Source: Eledone cirrhosa (taxonomy: Eukaryota). Taken from it: 64,000 nucleotides of DNA. Position numbers and translations under genes: made by a program. The notes under the pieces are model-generated. The model was not told the DNA's origin. It was given only the letters and a program-made list of their open reading frames with translations, and ran no database searches. The stretch covers positions 235,600,001 through 235,664,000 of the forward strand of contig OZ024740.1 of assembly GCA_964016885.1 (NCBI GenBank), written 5' to 3'. Of this stretch, positions 51,630 through 64,000 are shown piece by piece (the first letter of the stretch is position 1; the number at the start of each line of letters is the position of its first letter).

Positions 51630-51687
<58 letters not shown>

Positions 51688-53336
51688 TCTTGCTATCAGG
51701 GAAAATGGAGGTTAAGTGTTTTATATATATACATATATATGTATGTGTGTGTGTGATATATACAATAAATGCACCCATACATGCTGTAAAGTGGTTGGTG
51801 ATAAGAAGGGCATCCAGCTGTAGAAATCTTGTCAAATAAAGGGCTGGGAGGACCCTCAGTTGTGTCAAGGGCATGACAACTGTGTACATGGTGGAACATA
51901 AGACCGTACTTAAGCAAGACACAGATCTTTGGCTAGCCTGGGAGATCTGTGACTCCACTTCAGTACTGACTTGGTCTGTGTAGACCTGTTTAACTCTTGC
52001 TAGCAGGGAAAGCATACGTTAAAACAATGATGATATGTGTGTGTGTGTATACATTATGTATACATATGTGTGTAGACATTATATGTATGTATATCCTGTA
52101 TTCTTTTACTAATTTCAGTCATTAGACTGTAGCTATGCTAGAGTTCTGCCTTTAAAGTTTTTAATCTATCATTTTGACTCCAGGAATTATATCAGTCTTT
52201 ATTTGTTGAACTGCTAAGTTATGGAACATAAAAGGGGACAACATAAACATAAACACACATGTATATACACACCTACACACAACAGGCTAACTTTCCATCC
52301 ATCCATCCATACAAACATACAAACATACATATATTGCATGCATATAATATATGTGCAGATGAATAGATAAATAGAATTAAGAGCTCAGTACAATCCTGTA
52401 AACAATAGGCAGACACTATTTTATTTTTCTTCTCCAATATTTGTCTTAACTCTTTTGATACCAAACTGCCTGAAACTGCCCTGAATTTATGATATGAAAT
52501 TGATCATTTTAAAAAGTTTATCCTTTTATTATAATTTTATTTTAGATTTTCATTTTAAATAATGTTTTAAATATAAGCTCACTAATGAAAAACTTAGTTA
52601 TTTTATTAAATTCTTCAAAATTTTCGATTATTTTCAAAATTAATTGAAAAATATAGGTGGATTTAGATATGGCCAAATGGTTAAGAAGTTCACTTCACGA
52701 TCATGAGGTTTTGAGTTAGATCCCTCTGTGTGTCTTGAGCAAGTGAATGGTGATGCCCCAGCATGGCCTCAGCCAATCAGCTGAAACAGGTAAAAGAGTA
52801 GTATATTTCATTAGAAACATGGTAATGAAAGGGTTATATATATGAAAATAACATTACAACTATAATATTTCATAATAACATTAGCGATAGGCAGACAAAG
52901 TAGCATTGTAGTTAAACTTTTCAGAGTGATTTCCGTGCAGATATACACAAAGCCAACATAAAAAGAGACCTCTGTAGGATTTGAATTTTGACACTTCAGT
53001 GTATTTACAACAGTACCATTTGATCTGTGACAATATCCATTCTTATGTTCACACTTATATGCATCTATATGGGGTAAGGTAGACTTAACCTGTTGTCTGG
53101 CTTAACACAATCACCTGCCCCTGAGTGCCTTTAAAAGAGTTCATATATATATATATATGTGTGTATGCGTATATATGTGTGTATGCATACGTGTGTGTGT
53201 GTGTGTGTAAACATATATTGCTGTTTGTTTTTTTACTTTTCTCATGCATGTATGGGGTGTGATAACTTATTTCCTCCCCCTCCTACACGTCATCATCATA
53301 ATCATCACCATCACCACCACCATCATCATCATCATC

Positions 53337-53370
<34 letters not shown>

Positions 53371-53607
53371 TCATCACCATCAGTTGATGGAACAAACATT
53401 TTTTACACCTGAATAATGAGCTTCCAACCATTGACCAGTCAACCGTGAAGTAGAAAGTGGAACATGTTTCCTGTTAAACAGTAAAACTGAAGTAAACAGA
53501 TGTGTTATATACATTGCTCTAGTGCAGCGATCCCCAACCTTTTCACTACCTTTTACTTAATTGAATATTCCCACAGATCTTCCACTACAATTACTCTACA
53601 CTGAGAT

Positions 53608-53946
53608 TCATCATCCTCATCATTTTATGTCCACTTTTCCCTGCTTGCAAGGCGGGGACGGGAACTGATTCTGGCTTGATTTCTACAGCTGGATGCCTTT
53701 CCTAACACCAACCTCATTTACAGTGAGTGCTGGGTGCTTTTTTGCCGTGGCACCTCCATGACCACTTTACAGTGGAATGATAGGGACCCCAGTCCCTATC
53801 ATCTCATTTCTAGAGCTGAGTAAACTGGAGCAATGTGAAATAAAGTGTCTTGCTCAAGGAAACAACATATCACCTGGTCTGAGAATTGAACTCACAACCT
53901 TTCGATTGCAAGGCCAATGCTCTAACCACTAAGCCATGTGCCTCCA
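53608..53946 (-). mobile_element. SINE family 2
   Basis: Homology to 11659-12026. Confidence 0.9.
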
Positions 53947-54139
53947 TTATTATACAATGATAATGGTTTCTAATGTAAGCACAAGGCCAGGGATTTGTAG
54001 GGAAGAGGAAAGTCAATTTAAACCAACCCAGTACTTGGTTGGTACTTTATTTTATCAACTCCAGCAGGGTTTGAACTCAGAAAGTAAAGAGCTGAAATAA
54101 ATACTGCAAATCATTTGTCCAAATTATCAATAGGTAATA

Positions 54140-54625
54140 CTTGCACAGATTCCCTTGACTTTCTGTCACCATCCAATTCTATTGTTCATCATATTCAGGA
54201 GGTCCTAAGTGTTGCAGTTTATGTCATCACAAACCTGCTTGATATAGATGTTGGCTTGACATCTTCTGTTACTTCTTGCTTGTGTAGGCTCCCACAAAAG
54301 AACTTCACTAACAATTTCATCTTTAGCCCTCCAGCAATGTCCTGCATATCTGACTCTACGCTCATTGATGATGTCAGATACCGGACGAAGGTTACCATAC
54401 AGTCGCTCATTGGTCAGACGATCTCTCCAAGTGACATTTAAAGCCTCTATTTGCCTGTAAGTGTAAGCTCCATCAAATCTTCTTTCCAGTTTATAAGTAA
54501 GGGTCCATGCTGAGCAGCCATACAATTAAACAGAGGTAACAGTTGCTTGAAAGAGGGTCCTTTTCATGTTGTCTAGAAGTCTAGATTTCCACACTAGAGA
54601 TAGCTTGTCGATGGCACCCCAATGT
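54140..54625 (-). pseudogene. RTE-group RT C-terminal fragment (distinct family)
   Basis: YGCSAWTLT..DGAYT..ALNVTWRDRLTNERLYG..RRVRYAGHCWR..VLLWEP. Confidence 0.8.
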
Positions 54626-56856
54626 TTTTTGTATTATTATCATCACTGTTGTCTAAGTTATACAGTGATAATAATAATCAAGAGAGAGAAATATTTATAC
54701 TTAGAGAAGAATAAAAATCCTAAAGTGTATATGTATTATGTTTTTAACAGATTACTTGAAAATTTGGACTTAGCTCAACTATAAATTTAGCTCAGAGTCT
54801 TTTAAAATCAGATTCCCTTCCCTCAGCAATTTAATTAAATTCTTGACCAAAATTAACCATTAACATAATGGTTTCTTTGTCTCTCATCATTGCAGGTGTA
54901 ATTTTAAAATTTCTTGGCTCACTGAATTATGTTCGTGCTCACTTTACTACTGACAGACTTATATGTGTGTATGTGTGTGCGTGTGTGTTTGTTTATGCAC
55001 ACACACACACACACATATATATATATACACACATACATACACACATTTATTACAAACAACATAATATGAAGAACAAATGCCAAGTAGGGTAAATATTGAA
55101 CAGTAATCAATGTTAACTATAGTATAATAATAAATTTGTGTAGATATATACGCCACCTGCAAGCAAACACATACACACACACATATACGCATCTCACTTT
55201 ATATATATATATATATAATATATGTGTGTGTGTGTGTATCAAAACACTAATGTCCCCATCTCCACCACCACCAATAACAGCAACAAAATGATGATGATGC
55301 TAATAGTTATGTCAGTGATAATTTTGTTGATAGTGATAACACTGATGACAACAATGCTGAAAGTGAATGCAATGATGATGATGAGAATAATGATAATGAG
55401 GAATGTAATAACAATAATAATAATAATGATGATGATGATGATGATGATGATGGTGGTGATGATTGATGAAGAACTAATTAGATTTTCAGTGCCAAATATT
55501 ACAATAGAAGTGATTAGCTATTGGCACCTTTACCAAAATCTGTTGGCCATTCATTCAACCTGACACCGTAAAACATTGATACAGAAAAAACTCTACCATA
55601 TCACATTGATCGACCTTTTTATTGAATTACAAATAAACAAGCAAACATATTCACCTCTAGTGCCAAGGGGCATAGTGCCAAAACAATGGCCAATTGCAGA
55701 TTTTTACCTTTCAGTTGTTCTAAATTGGATGGTAGATTTAACCAGTTGCCTAGTTGAACACCATTTCCTGGCTCCTGGAAGCCTTTTGTAGAATCAATTC
55801 AATTAAAAGAAAGAAAGAAAGAGAGAGAGAGAAAGAAAATGGGAGATGGATGCAAATATGGTTCTATTATCAGGGACGATGGAAGCATTTCTTAATTGGG
55901 GAGGGCAGGCAAATTTGGTCAATTTAGTTGTAGTGATTAGCTTAGCTGTTATTATCAAATATCAACCAAGATATTAAAAACTTTGTTATGTGATAAATAT
56001 AACATGTACATAAATTGTAGCACATATACAAATAGATGTGGGTTTTGGTAGTTTGGGGAGAAAAATATTAATATGGGGAGGGGGGACCCCTTCCCCCATC
56101 CAGTTCCACTGCTGCTGGTTATAAAGAAGTTTGTTTCCCAAGTATATTGTTTCAGGTTTTATCCCATGACATAAGACAAGTATATTCTATCATACCCTCA
56201 ACTCAATCAAAACATTGAGGGAAATTTGGTAAATAGAAACTAAGTAGCAGTCCATTACAGGGGCAGTGTTAATCTTGAGTTGTAGACTTAATATTTTGTT
56301 CCATTTAACACTGACATCTGTTCAGTTTGTTATAAACACATGGACTAATGCTGCTGTCTGAGGATAACTTTCTCTCACCAGTCACAGAGGACCAGCAAAA
56401 AAGGACATTTTTTTACAACTTATGTATGTACGAACCTGTAACTTGTAATAGAGTCATAGGGGTGTTGTATTGACATTTGACATTTCTTGGGCATTTTAAA
56501 TCGACCTAGCAGAACACATCCCTCTAGAGGTCTAAACATAGCCAATTTCTTCCATCAACAGAGAGAAAGTGATTGAGAGGAAGTGAAAATGTGATATAGA
56601 AGAAGAATCAACCCTATTACTGGTTTGATACTTTTTTTATAATCTTGAAAGGATGAAAGACAAAGTTGACCTCAGCAGGATTTGAACTCAGAACACAGAG
56701 AGCTAGAATTACTACTGCAAAGCATTACATTTGATGTTCAAGTGATTCAGCCACTTTGCTGTCTCAATTTAACGACTTAACTGAGTCTTAAAAAATGTAA
56801 AAAATTTCTTGATCATATGAATGTTGAGTTTTGAACATGTTTGTAATCATATAGAG

Positions 56857-57175
56857 CAGGGGTGTGAAACATATTCCATTTGCGGGCCACTTTTGAACAT
56901 TAGAACAACTATTAGGGCCATTAATATTTATTAAGCACTATTCCAAAGATTCACCACAACTTCTTTCCATAACATGGAACTGGGAAATTATAACACACAT
57001 AACCTTATCAGTGAAGCCCTTTAGTATAGGTCAACTAACAGAAAATTATATTACAGTTCTGAAAAAAATTCTAAATAAGCCTACAAGGTAAAAATTTAAA
57101 ATGGTCATCGCGTGCCACTCTGACTGGTCTGGCGGGCCTGATTGTGGCCTGCGAGCCACCTGTTGCAGGCTCTTG
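56857..57175. mobile_element. hAT-type MITE with 8 bp TSD
   Basis: ATATAGAG at 56849-56856 and 57176-57183; ends CAGGGGTGTGAAAC / GTTGCAGGCTCTTG; subterminal GCGGGCC motifs. Confidence 0.75.
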
Positions 57176-57337
57176 ATATAGAGAATGGTTTTGGTTAGTA
57201 ATGTAAACTGCTATGTTGTTGTTGTTTCACCTCAAGGTCAGCCTTGATCCAGCATATTTATGACCAAAGGTGTTTGGCTGTGACCATCCCATCTTCTATT
57301 TAGATACAGTGCATCCCTTCTCTCACTATTTTATTTT

Positions 57338-57373
<36 letters not shown>

Positions 57374-58557
57374 GAAAGGGGAATATTACTGGTACTTGTT
57401 TTATCAATGCTAGTGGGTTGAAAAGAAATCTGAGTTCTACAAGAGAGTTCAACAGAGAGAAACAACTAAAGGCTGTTATATATTTAGTCCATCAATCTAC
57501 ACTCTCTGCTAAAAACGATTGATAAGTATTGATGATTGCAGATTATTGATTACTTTTGAATTTGGCATATGTTCAATAAATGTGGGGCAGAATGTTGTTG
57601 ATTGAATAAACTTGGGTATTATTTCTTTGTTTATCTTGTTTACTCTAGAGATCATTATCATCACCACCATAGTTCCTATGCCAATACTACCACCACTATC
57701 ATCCTCAACTTCATCTTCTGAAATCTACTTTCCATGCTGGCATGGGTTGAACAAGTTGTCATGATTCAAATAAGATTTTATTCAGAGTTACAGAGTGACC
57801 TCAACTAACTTTTTAGTACAGTTATCATGGCTGGATGCCATTTTAAACTCTAATCACTCCACAGAGAGTATATTGGATGCATTTTATTGTGGCACCAGCA
57901 TCAGAGTTGGCATGCCTTCAGCAAGACAAAATAGTCCTCTTGACACTTTATCATCTCCATTTATTCACCAACCACTTTATTGGGTGTAATGGGTACATTG
58001 TATCATGGTAGCAACATAAGTGAGGTTGTTTTGTACCTTGAAAGACTAAAAAGTCCTAACTACTTTATGTTGTCTCTGTTTGTTCAAGGAAATGGGACCA
58101 AGAAGCTGAATAGAAGAGAGATCATTGACAGAAAAAGGAAAGTGAGAAGTTGAAAGAACAGAGTATGATAGGAGAAATAGTCATTGGTGTGAAGTGGGAG
58201 AGTGAGTAATGGAAGAGAGACAGTTATGGCTGCTGCATGTTTGTTGGCAATAGAGATTAAATGTAAAGTTTTTTGTTGTTTTGGTCAGCCTTGATTGAAC
58301 AGATCTATGATTAAAGGCTCCACATGTGAACGTACCGCCTTTTCCCCATGCACAAGGAAGCCAGGACTACATTATGAATGTTCTTTTCTAAAGTTGTTCT
58401 AAAGTGTAATTTGAGGGAGATCTGGCTGCTATTTCTAACAGGTTGAATGACCACATGAAGGTTCCACATTGGCTCAGGTTCGCATGCTGGTTCAAATGTA
58501 AAGTAGTTAAACTTTGAATTATAGTGAGGATGAGACAAGATAGTGTTGGATGTTTAA

Positions 58558-58764
58558 CCCTTTAATGTTCAAACCGGCCAGAATTCTCTACCTTCTGTTG
58601 AAACTGGCTGTAACTGGTCACTCAAACTGATGTTAAGGTATTATTCTCAAAATAAATACTTTCAAAATCTCATAGATTCGATATTATGTGAGATAATTAT
58701 GTGAGATAAAGCATTTACCATGAAAATATAATAGTATATATAGAGTAATGTGAATGCTAAAGGG
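58558..58764 (-). mobile_element. piggyBac-type MITE (opposite orientation)
   Basis: TTAA-CCCTTT...AAAGGG-TTAA; reverse complement of 20439-20657. Confidence 0.85.
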
Positions 58765-60633
58765 TTAACCCAGTGGTAAATTGTTTCAGCCAATGCACCA
58801 TCACAATAGCATGATAAAATCAATGCCATCACCACCACTGCCATCATCACCACCACTGCCATCACCACCACCACTGCCATCATCACCACCACTGCCATCA
58901 TCACCACCACTGCCATCATACCACTGCTGCTTTCACAACAGCACTATCAATACAACACAACCACTACCATCACACCACCACTACCATCACAACACTATTG
59001 CTATCATAACACTGTGGCATCCCAATACTACTATCAATACAACACCACTACTGTCATTACAACACCACTGCCATCACACAACACCTCTGCTATCACATCA
59101 TCACTGCCATAACAACTCCACTGTCATCACAGCACTCTCATTATAATACCACTAGTACTATCACAACATCACTGCTATCACACCTCCACTGCCATCATAT
59201 CACCACTGTCAATACAACACCACCACTGCCAACACAACACCACTATCAATATGACACTATCACCTCTCATCAACACACAATCACCACCAACACCAATACA
59301 CCACCATCATTAGCTCACCATCTAATGGAGAATATTAAACAGATTCTGTGGCATATCTCTTCCTACCATTCATTCACTATTAACCAAGAAGACCAAATTT
59401 GAAGCTGTGCATTTTCAAGATAAAAAGTTTAAAAAAATGCTTTATACAATACACAATCCAATGCAGAAAACATTTCATGGAAACCATAAATGCATTTTAC
59501 ATTCTCCAGGGAACACTTGTTCCATTATCAGAATTGATCAAATAAGAAACCTATTAAATACACTTTAGTCTATTTATATAGAGTGTGGAAATAATTACTT
59601 AAAATAAGAACTACTTTTGAGAATTCCTCTAGTTTATTGGTCAGTTTTTGTGAGGTCTTTTGTGTCAGGGGAGAACAATTAAGTATTTTTGGTTACAGTG
59701 GTTGTGTTTATGCCTTATGAACTATTGTTTGTGATGTATTTTTTTAATGTTATTGTTGTTATTCTGTTGAGATTGGTAATGGCAGTAGTATTTGTAATGT
59801 TGCTTTTTTTTTCTTGTTGCTTTCAATGTTGTTATTGTTATTTATCTTGTTGATAGTAGTAATGGTGGCTATAGCAATATTTTTACTGCTGCTACTGGTA
59901 CTGTTTTTGTTAGTAATGGTGGTGTAATGTACACATAGATATACATATGTGTGTATGTATTACCGGTAAAGAAAGAGGAAATATATTTATGCGTCTGCCA
60001 TTATGATCTATATTCTTGAATAGAGGAATTATAAAGCCAATGATTATAGTCTGAGAAATGTTTGGGGAGGAGCAGTGAGAAATTACTGAATTAGATAAAG
60101 GTTTGTTGACCTTCTTGTATAGAACATGACATATTTATAGTGTTCATTATATAGCAACTAATTATTAAAGTGTTGGCTAAATGAATTATAGATTCGGTGT
60201 TCAAGCCTCCTTAAATGTAGATGTATAATGTTGGTTTCTTACTCTAGCACTGACCAGTGAGTCATTGACCATTATTTCAATAAAGTACTAGTAATGCACT
60301 AGGTAATTGCTGGCTTTGTGCCTAAAGTAGAAACAATTATTTCAATGACCTTTTGGATTTGCTGTTGAGTGTGGGTGTTTGTACAGCAACAACAGTACTG
60401 TCCCATCTATTTGAGTAGTACTCCAATGAAGATTTTTCTTGAATTTTAACTGATGTTTGTGTAGCTGCATCAGTAGCAGTATCCCAAATATTTGAACAGT
60501 AAGTTCTCCAGTGTAAAGATTTATTGAGCTTTGTAGAGTAAGCAACCGATCAAAGCTGAAATAATTTTTGACTCTCCAAAAAAGAAGCTTAGATTTGAAC
60601 ATTTAGATTTCACAATATTATATGAATGATTGT

Positions 60634-60741
60634 CTCAAATCCCGCCGAGGTTAACTTTGCCTTTCATCCTGACGGGGTCGATAAAATAAAGTTCCAGTAA
60701 TACACTGGGTAATTGCTGGCCTTGTGCCAAAAGTAGAAACA
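60634..60741 (+). mobile_element. 5'-truncated SINE family 1 with ~16 bp TSD
   Basis: ATTATATGAATGATTG on both sides. Confidence 0.85.
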
Positions 60742-61329
60742 ATTATATGAATGATTGATTGTCATAAGAGAATGAATGCTAGAGATTGTTAATCCTGCCA
60801 TTGGAGAATATATTGTGAGTGAGAAGTGTCATTTATATCAACCAACTAATGTCATTAAATAGCTGGCAATAAATATGATATAATGACATTTACTAGTAAT
60901 TTTGTCCACTAAATGTTGTTTGCATAGAAGTTACATTCTCTGGAGTTTCACCAAGCTGCTGCTTAGCAACACTGGCCACTAAATATATATCCATCAGTTG
61001 GTTTTATAGATTAATATATGTCTGCTGCCAGTTATTAACCACTTAGCATGATGAGATTAATACGTAGTGAAGATATATTGTTTAGCAAGCAAGACATTGA
61101 TTGTTATTTCCCTACAGATTTCTTTCTGCATTAATCTTTGATAAGTTTTCTATAGTTTCTGACAAAACATGAAATTGTGTTGATCTAATGAAAACATTCA
61201 TAATGTCAGATTCTTTACCTTCCTAGAACATTGCCAGACATTTGGATTAGTTGTAGATTGTGTGGTCAGACAGTAACCATGTGGTCACTTGTAAAGTATT
61301 TTAGCATTAAAGTGTATAGACAAACAGAA

Positions 61330-62215
61330 AAAATAGTGGACTTCTTGTCGTGACTAATGAGAAGGTATGGTGTGTCAAGGGTGTTATGTTGTATGGCAGT
61401 GAAAACAAAGGACCCGCAGTGATTAAAAAATCTGTTTGGTGTGTCAGATGTATGATGGTAAAGGCAGACAACCTGCAGTGACTAGAGAGACTGTATGGTG
61501 TGTTAGTGGTGTGATGTTGTATAGTAGTAAAGGTAGGGGACCTATAGGGACTAAAGAGACTGTATGGTGTGTTAGTAGTATGATGTTGTATGGTAGTAAA
61601 GGTAGGGGACCTATAGTGACTAAAGAGACTGTATAGTGTGTTAGTGGTATGATGTTGTATGGTAGTAAAGGTAGAGGACTTATAGTAACTAAAGAAACTG
61701 TATGGTGTGTTAGTGGTATGTTAGTGGTGTGATGTTGTATAGTAGTCAAGGTAGGGGACCTATAGTGACTAAAGAGACTGTATGGTGTGTTAGTGGTGTG
61801 TTAGTGGTGTGATGTTGTATAGTAGTCAAGGTAGGGGACCTATAGTGACTAAAGAGACTGTATGGTGTGTTAGTGGTGTGATGTTGTATAGTAGTAAAGG
61901 TAGGGGACCTATAGTGACTAAAGAGACTGTATGGTGTGTTAGTGGTATGTTAGTGGTGTGATGTTGTATAGTAGTCAAGGTAGGGGACCTATAGTGACTA
62001 AAGAGACTGTATGGTGTGTTAGTGGTATGTTAGTGGTGTGATGTTGTATGGTAGTAAAGGTAGAGGACCTATAGTGACTAAAGAGACTGTATAGTGTGTT
62101 AGTGATGTGATGTTGTATGGTAGAGGGCCTATAGTGACTAAAGAGACTGTATAGTGTGTTAGTGGTGTGATGTTGTATGGCAGTGGACCTGCAATGATTA
62201 AAAAAACTGTATGGC
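61330..62215. repeat. Minisatellite with a ~65-80 bp unit, roughly a dozen copies
   Basis: GACTAAAGAGACTGTATGGTGTGTTAGTGGTGTGATGTTGTATAGTAGTAAAGGTAGGGGACCTATAGT; homogeneous centre and degenerate edges. Confidence 0.95.
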
Positions 62216-62664
62216 GTATGTCAGTGGTTTGAAATATAGCAATGAAGATGGATGACTGGAGCTAACTGGAGAAACTGTATGGTATATGGATCATCATCAC
62301 AATAATAAAAAAATATTGATGCTTTAAAGATTTAAATTGGAGTTTCAGTTTTAAAACTATTTTTCAATTAAGACCCCCCCCAATCCATCCACATATCTGT
62401 TATGAACACATTATCTTTATTGATTTCAAATTTCAAGCAAAACAAAAGATGGCTGAATTGAAAATCCTTAAACAAGATCAGGATACATAGTGAATGTTAA
62501 CTACTTGTACTGAGAATTGTTTTATAGAGGGGATAAGTGCATACACACACATGCAGTGATTCATGCAACATAACATATAGCACTAACATTAATGTATACA
62601 CAGATAATAATATATCATCATCATCATTTTACGTCCGCTTTAAAATGATGATGATGATGATGAT

Positions 62665-62853
62665 GCGGTGGATTGGCAGTATCGGTAGAGAGTCGGACGC
62701 CATGCTTTCCAGCATAGTTACGTCCCTTTACAGTCTGAGTTCAAATCCCGCCAAGGTTAACTTTGCCTTTCATCCTTACAGGGGTCGATAAAATAAAGTA
62801 CCAGTAATGCACTGGGTAATTGCTGGCCTTGTGCCTAAAGTAGAAACAATTAT
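62665..62853 (+). mobile_element. SINE family 1
   Basis: Homology to 24320-24505. Confidence 0.9.
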
Positions 62854-62860
62854 TACATTC

Positions 62861-63214
62861 ATATATATAGATACACACACATATATATACACACATATAT
62901 ATAGATACACACATATATATATATACACATCCATATATATAGATACACACATATATATATATAGATACACACATATATATAGATACACACACATATATAT
63001 AGATACACACACATATATATATATACACACATATATATAGATACACACACATATATATAGATACACATCCATATATATATATACACACATATATATAGAT
63101 ACACATCCATATATATATATACACACATATATATAGATACACCTCCATATATATATATACACACATATATATAGATACACACATATATATAGATACACTT
63201 CCATATATATAGAT

Positions 63215-63289
<75 letters not shown>

Positions 63290-64000
63290 TATAGATACAC
63301 ACATATATATATATATATAGATACACATCCATATATATAGATACACACATATATATAGATACACACATATATATAGATACACATCCATATATATAGATAC
63401 ACACATATATATATATATACACACATATATATAGATACACATCCATATATATAGATACACACATGTATATAGATACACACATATATATAGATACACACAT
63501 ATATATAGATACACACATATATATATAGATACACATCCATATATATAGACACACATATATATATAGATACACATCCATATATATAGATACACACATATAT
63601 ATATATACACATCCATATAGATACACACATATATATATATAGATACACACATATATATAGATACACACACATATATATAGATACACACACATATATATAG
63701 ATACACACATATATATAGATACACACACATATATATAGATACACATCCATATATATATATACACACATATATATAGATACACATCCATATATATATATAC
63801 ACACATATATATATAGATACACCTCCATATATATATATACACACATATATATAGATACACACATATATATATAGATACACACATGTATATATAGATACAC
63901 ATCCATATATATAGATACACATCCATATATATAGATACACATCCATATATATATATACACACATATATATATAGAGATACACATCCATATATATAGATAC
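62861..64000. repeat. Compound (TA)n-GATA-(CA)n microsatellite array
   Basis: Direct reading of the sequence. Confidence 0.97.

Noticed and set aside
60342-60602. Open frames on the minus strand as a host exon (likewise 13300-13600 and 7040-7380)
   Set aside because: No recognisable domain and no convincing splice-site pair; RNA-seq would be needed.

Overview
AT-rich, repeat-saturated eukaryotic DNA. It is most likely a cephalopod (Octopus-like) intron or intergenic region, inferred from the SINE/RTE repertoire and the huge (TA)n/(TATG)n/(CAT)n tracts. I found no intact protein-coding gene; almost all listed ORFs are microsatellite artefacts. The window holds fragments of RTE, R4/Dong-like, CRE-like and I/Vingi-like LINEs, and Penelope-like (GIY-YIG) fragments. 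It also holds two tRNA-derived SINE families, a piggyBac-type TTAA MITE family, Tc1/mariner and hAT MITEs, a complete non-autonomous Helitron with a PIF1 helicase fragment, and several minisatellites. The most interesting signal is a set of six type I hammerhead-ribozyme-like motifs with complete cores plus one core-mutated copy, falling into four sequence families. They sit in short (TA)n-associated Penelope-pLTR/retrozyme-like elements. Two families show compensatory base changes between copies, two carry an extra nucleotide in the catalytic core, and some copies lie in long inverted repeats. All folds were done by eye and none is experimentally tested.
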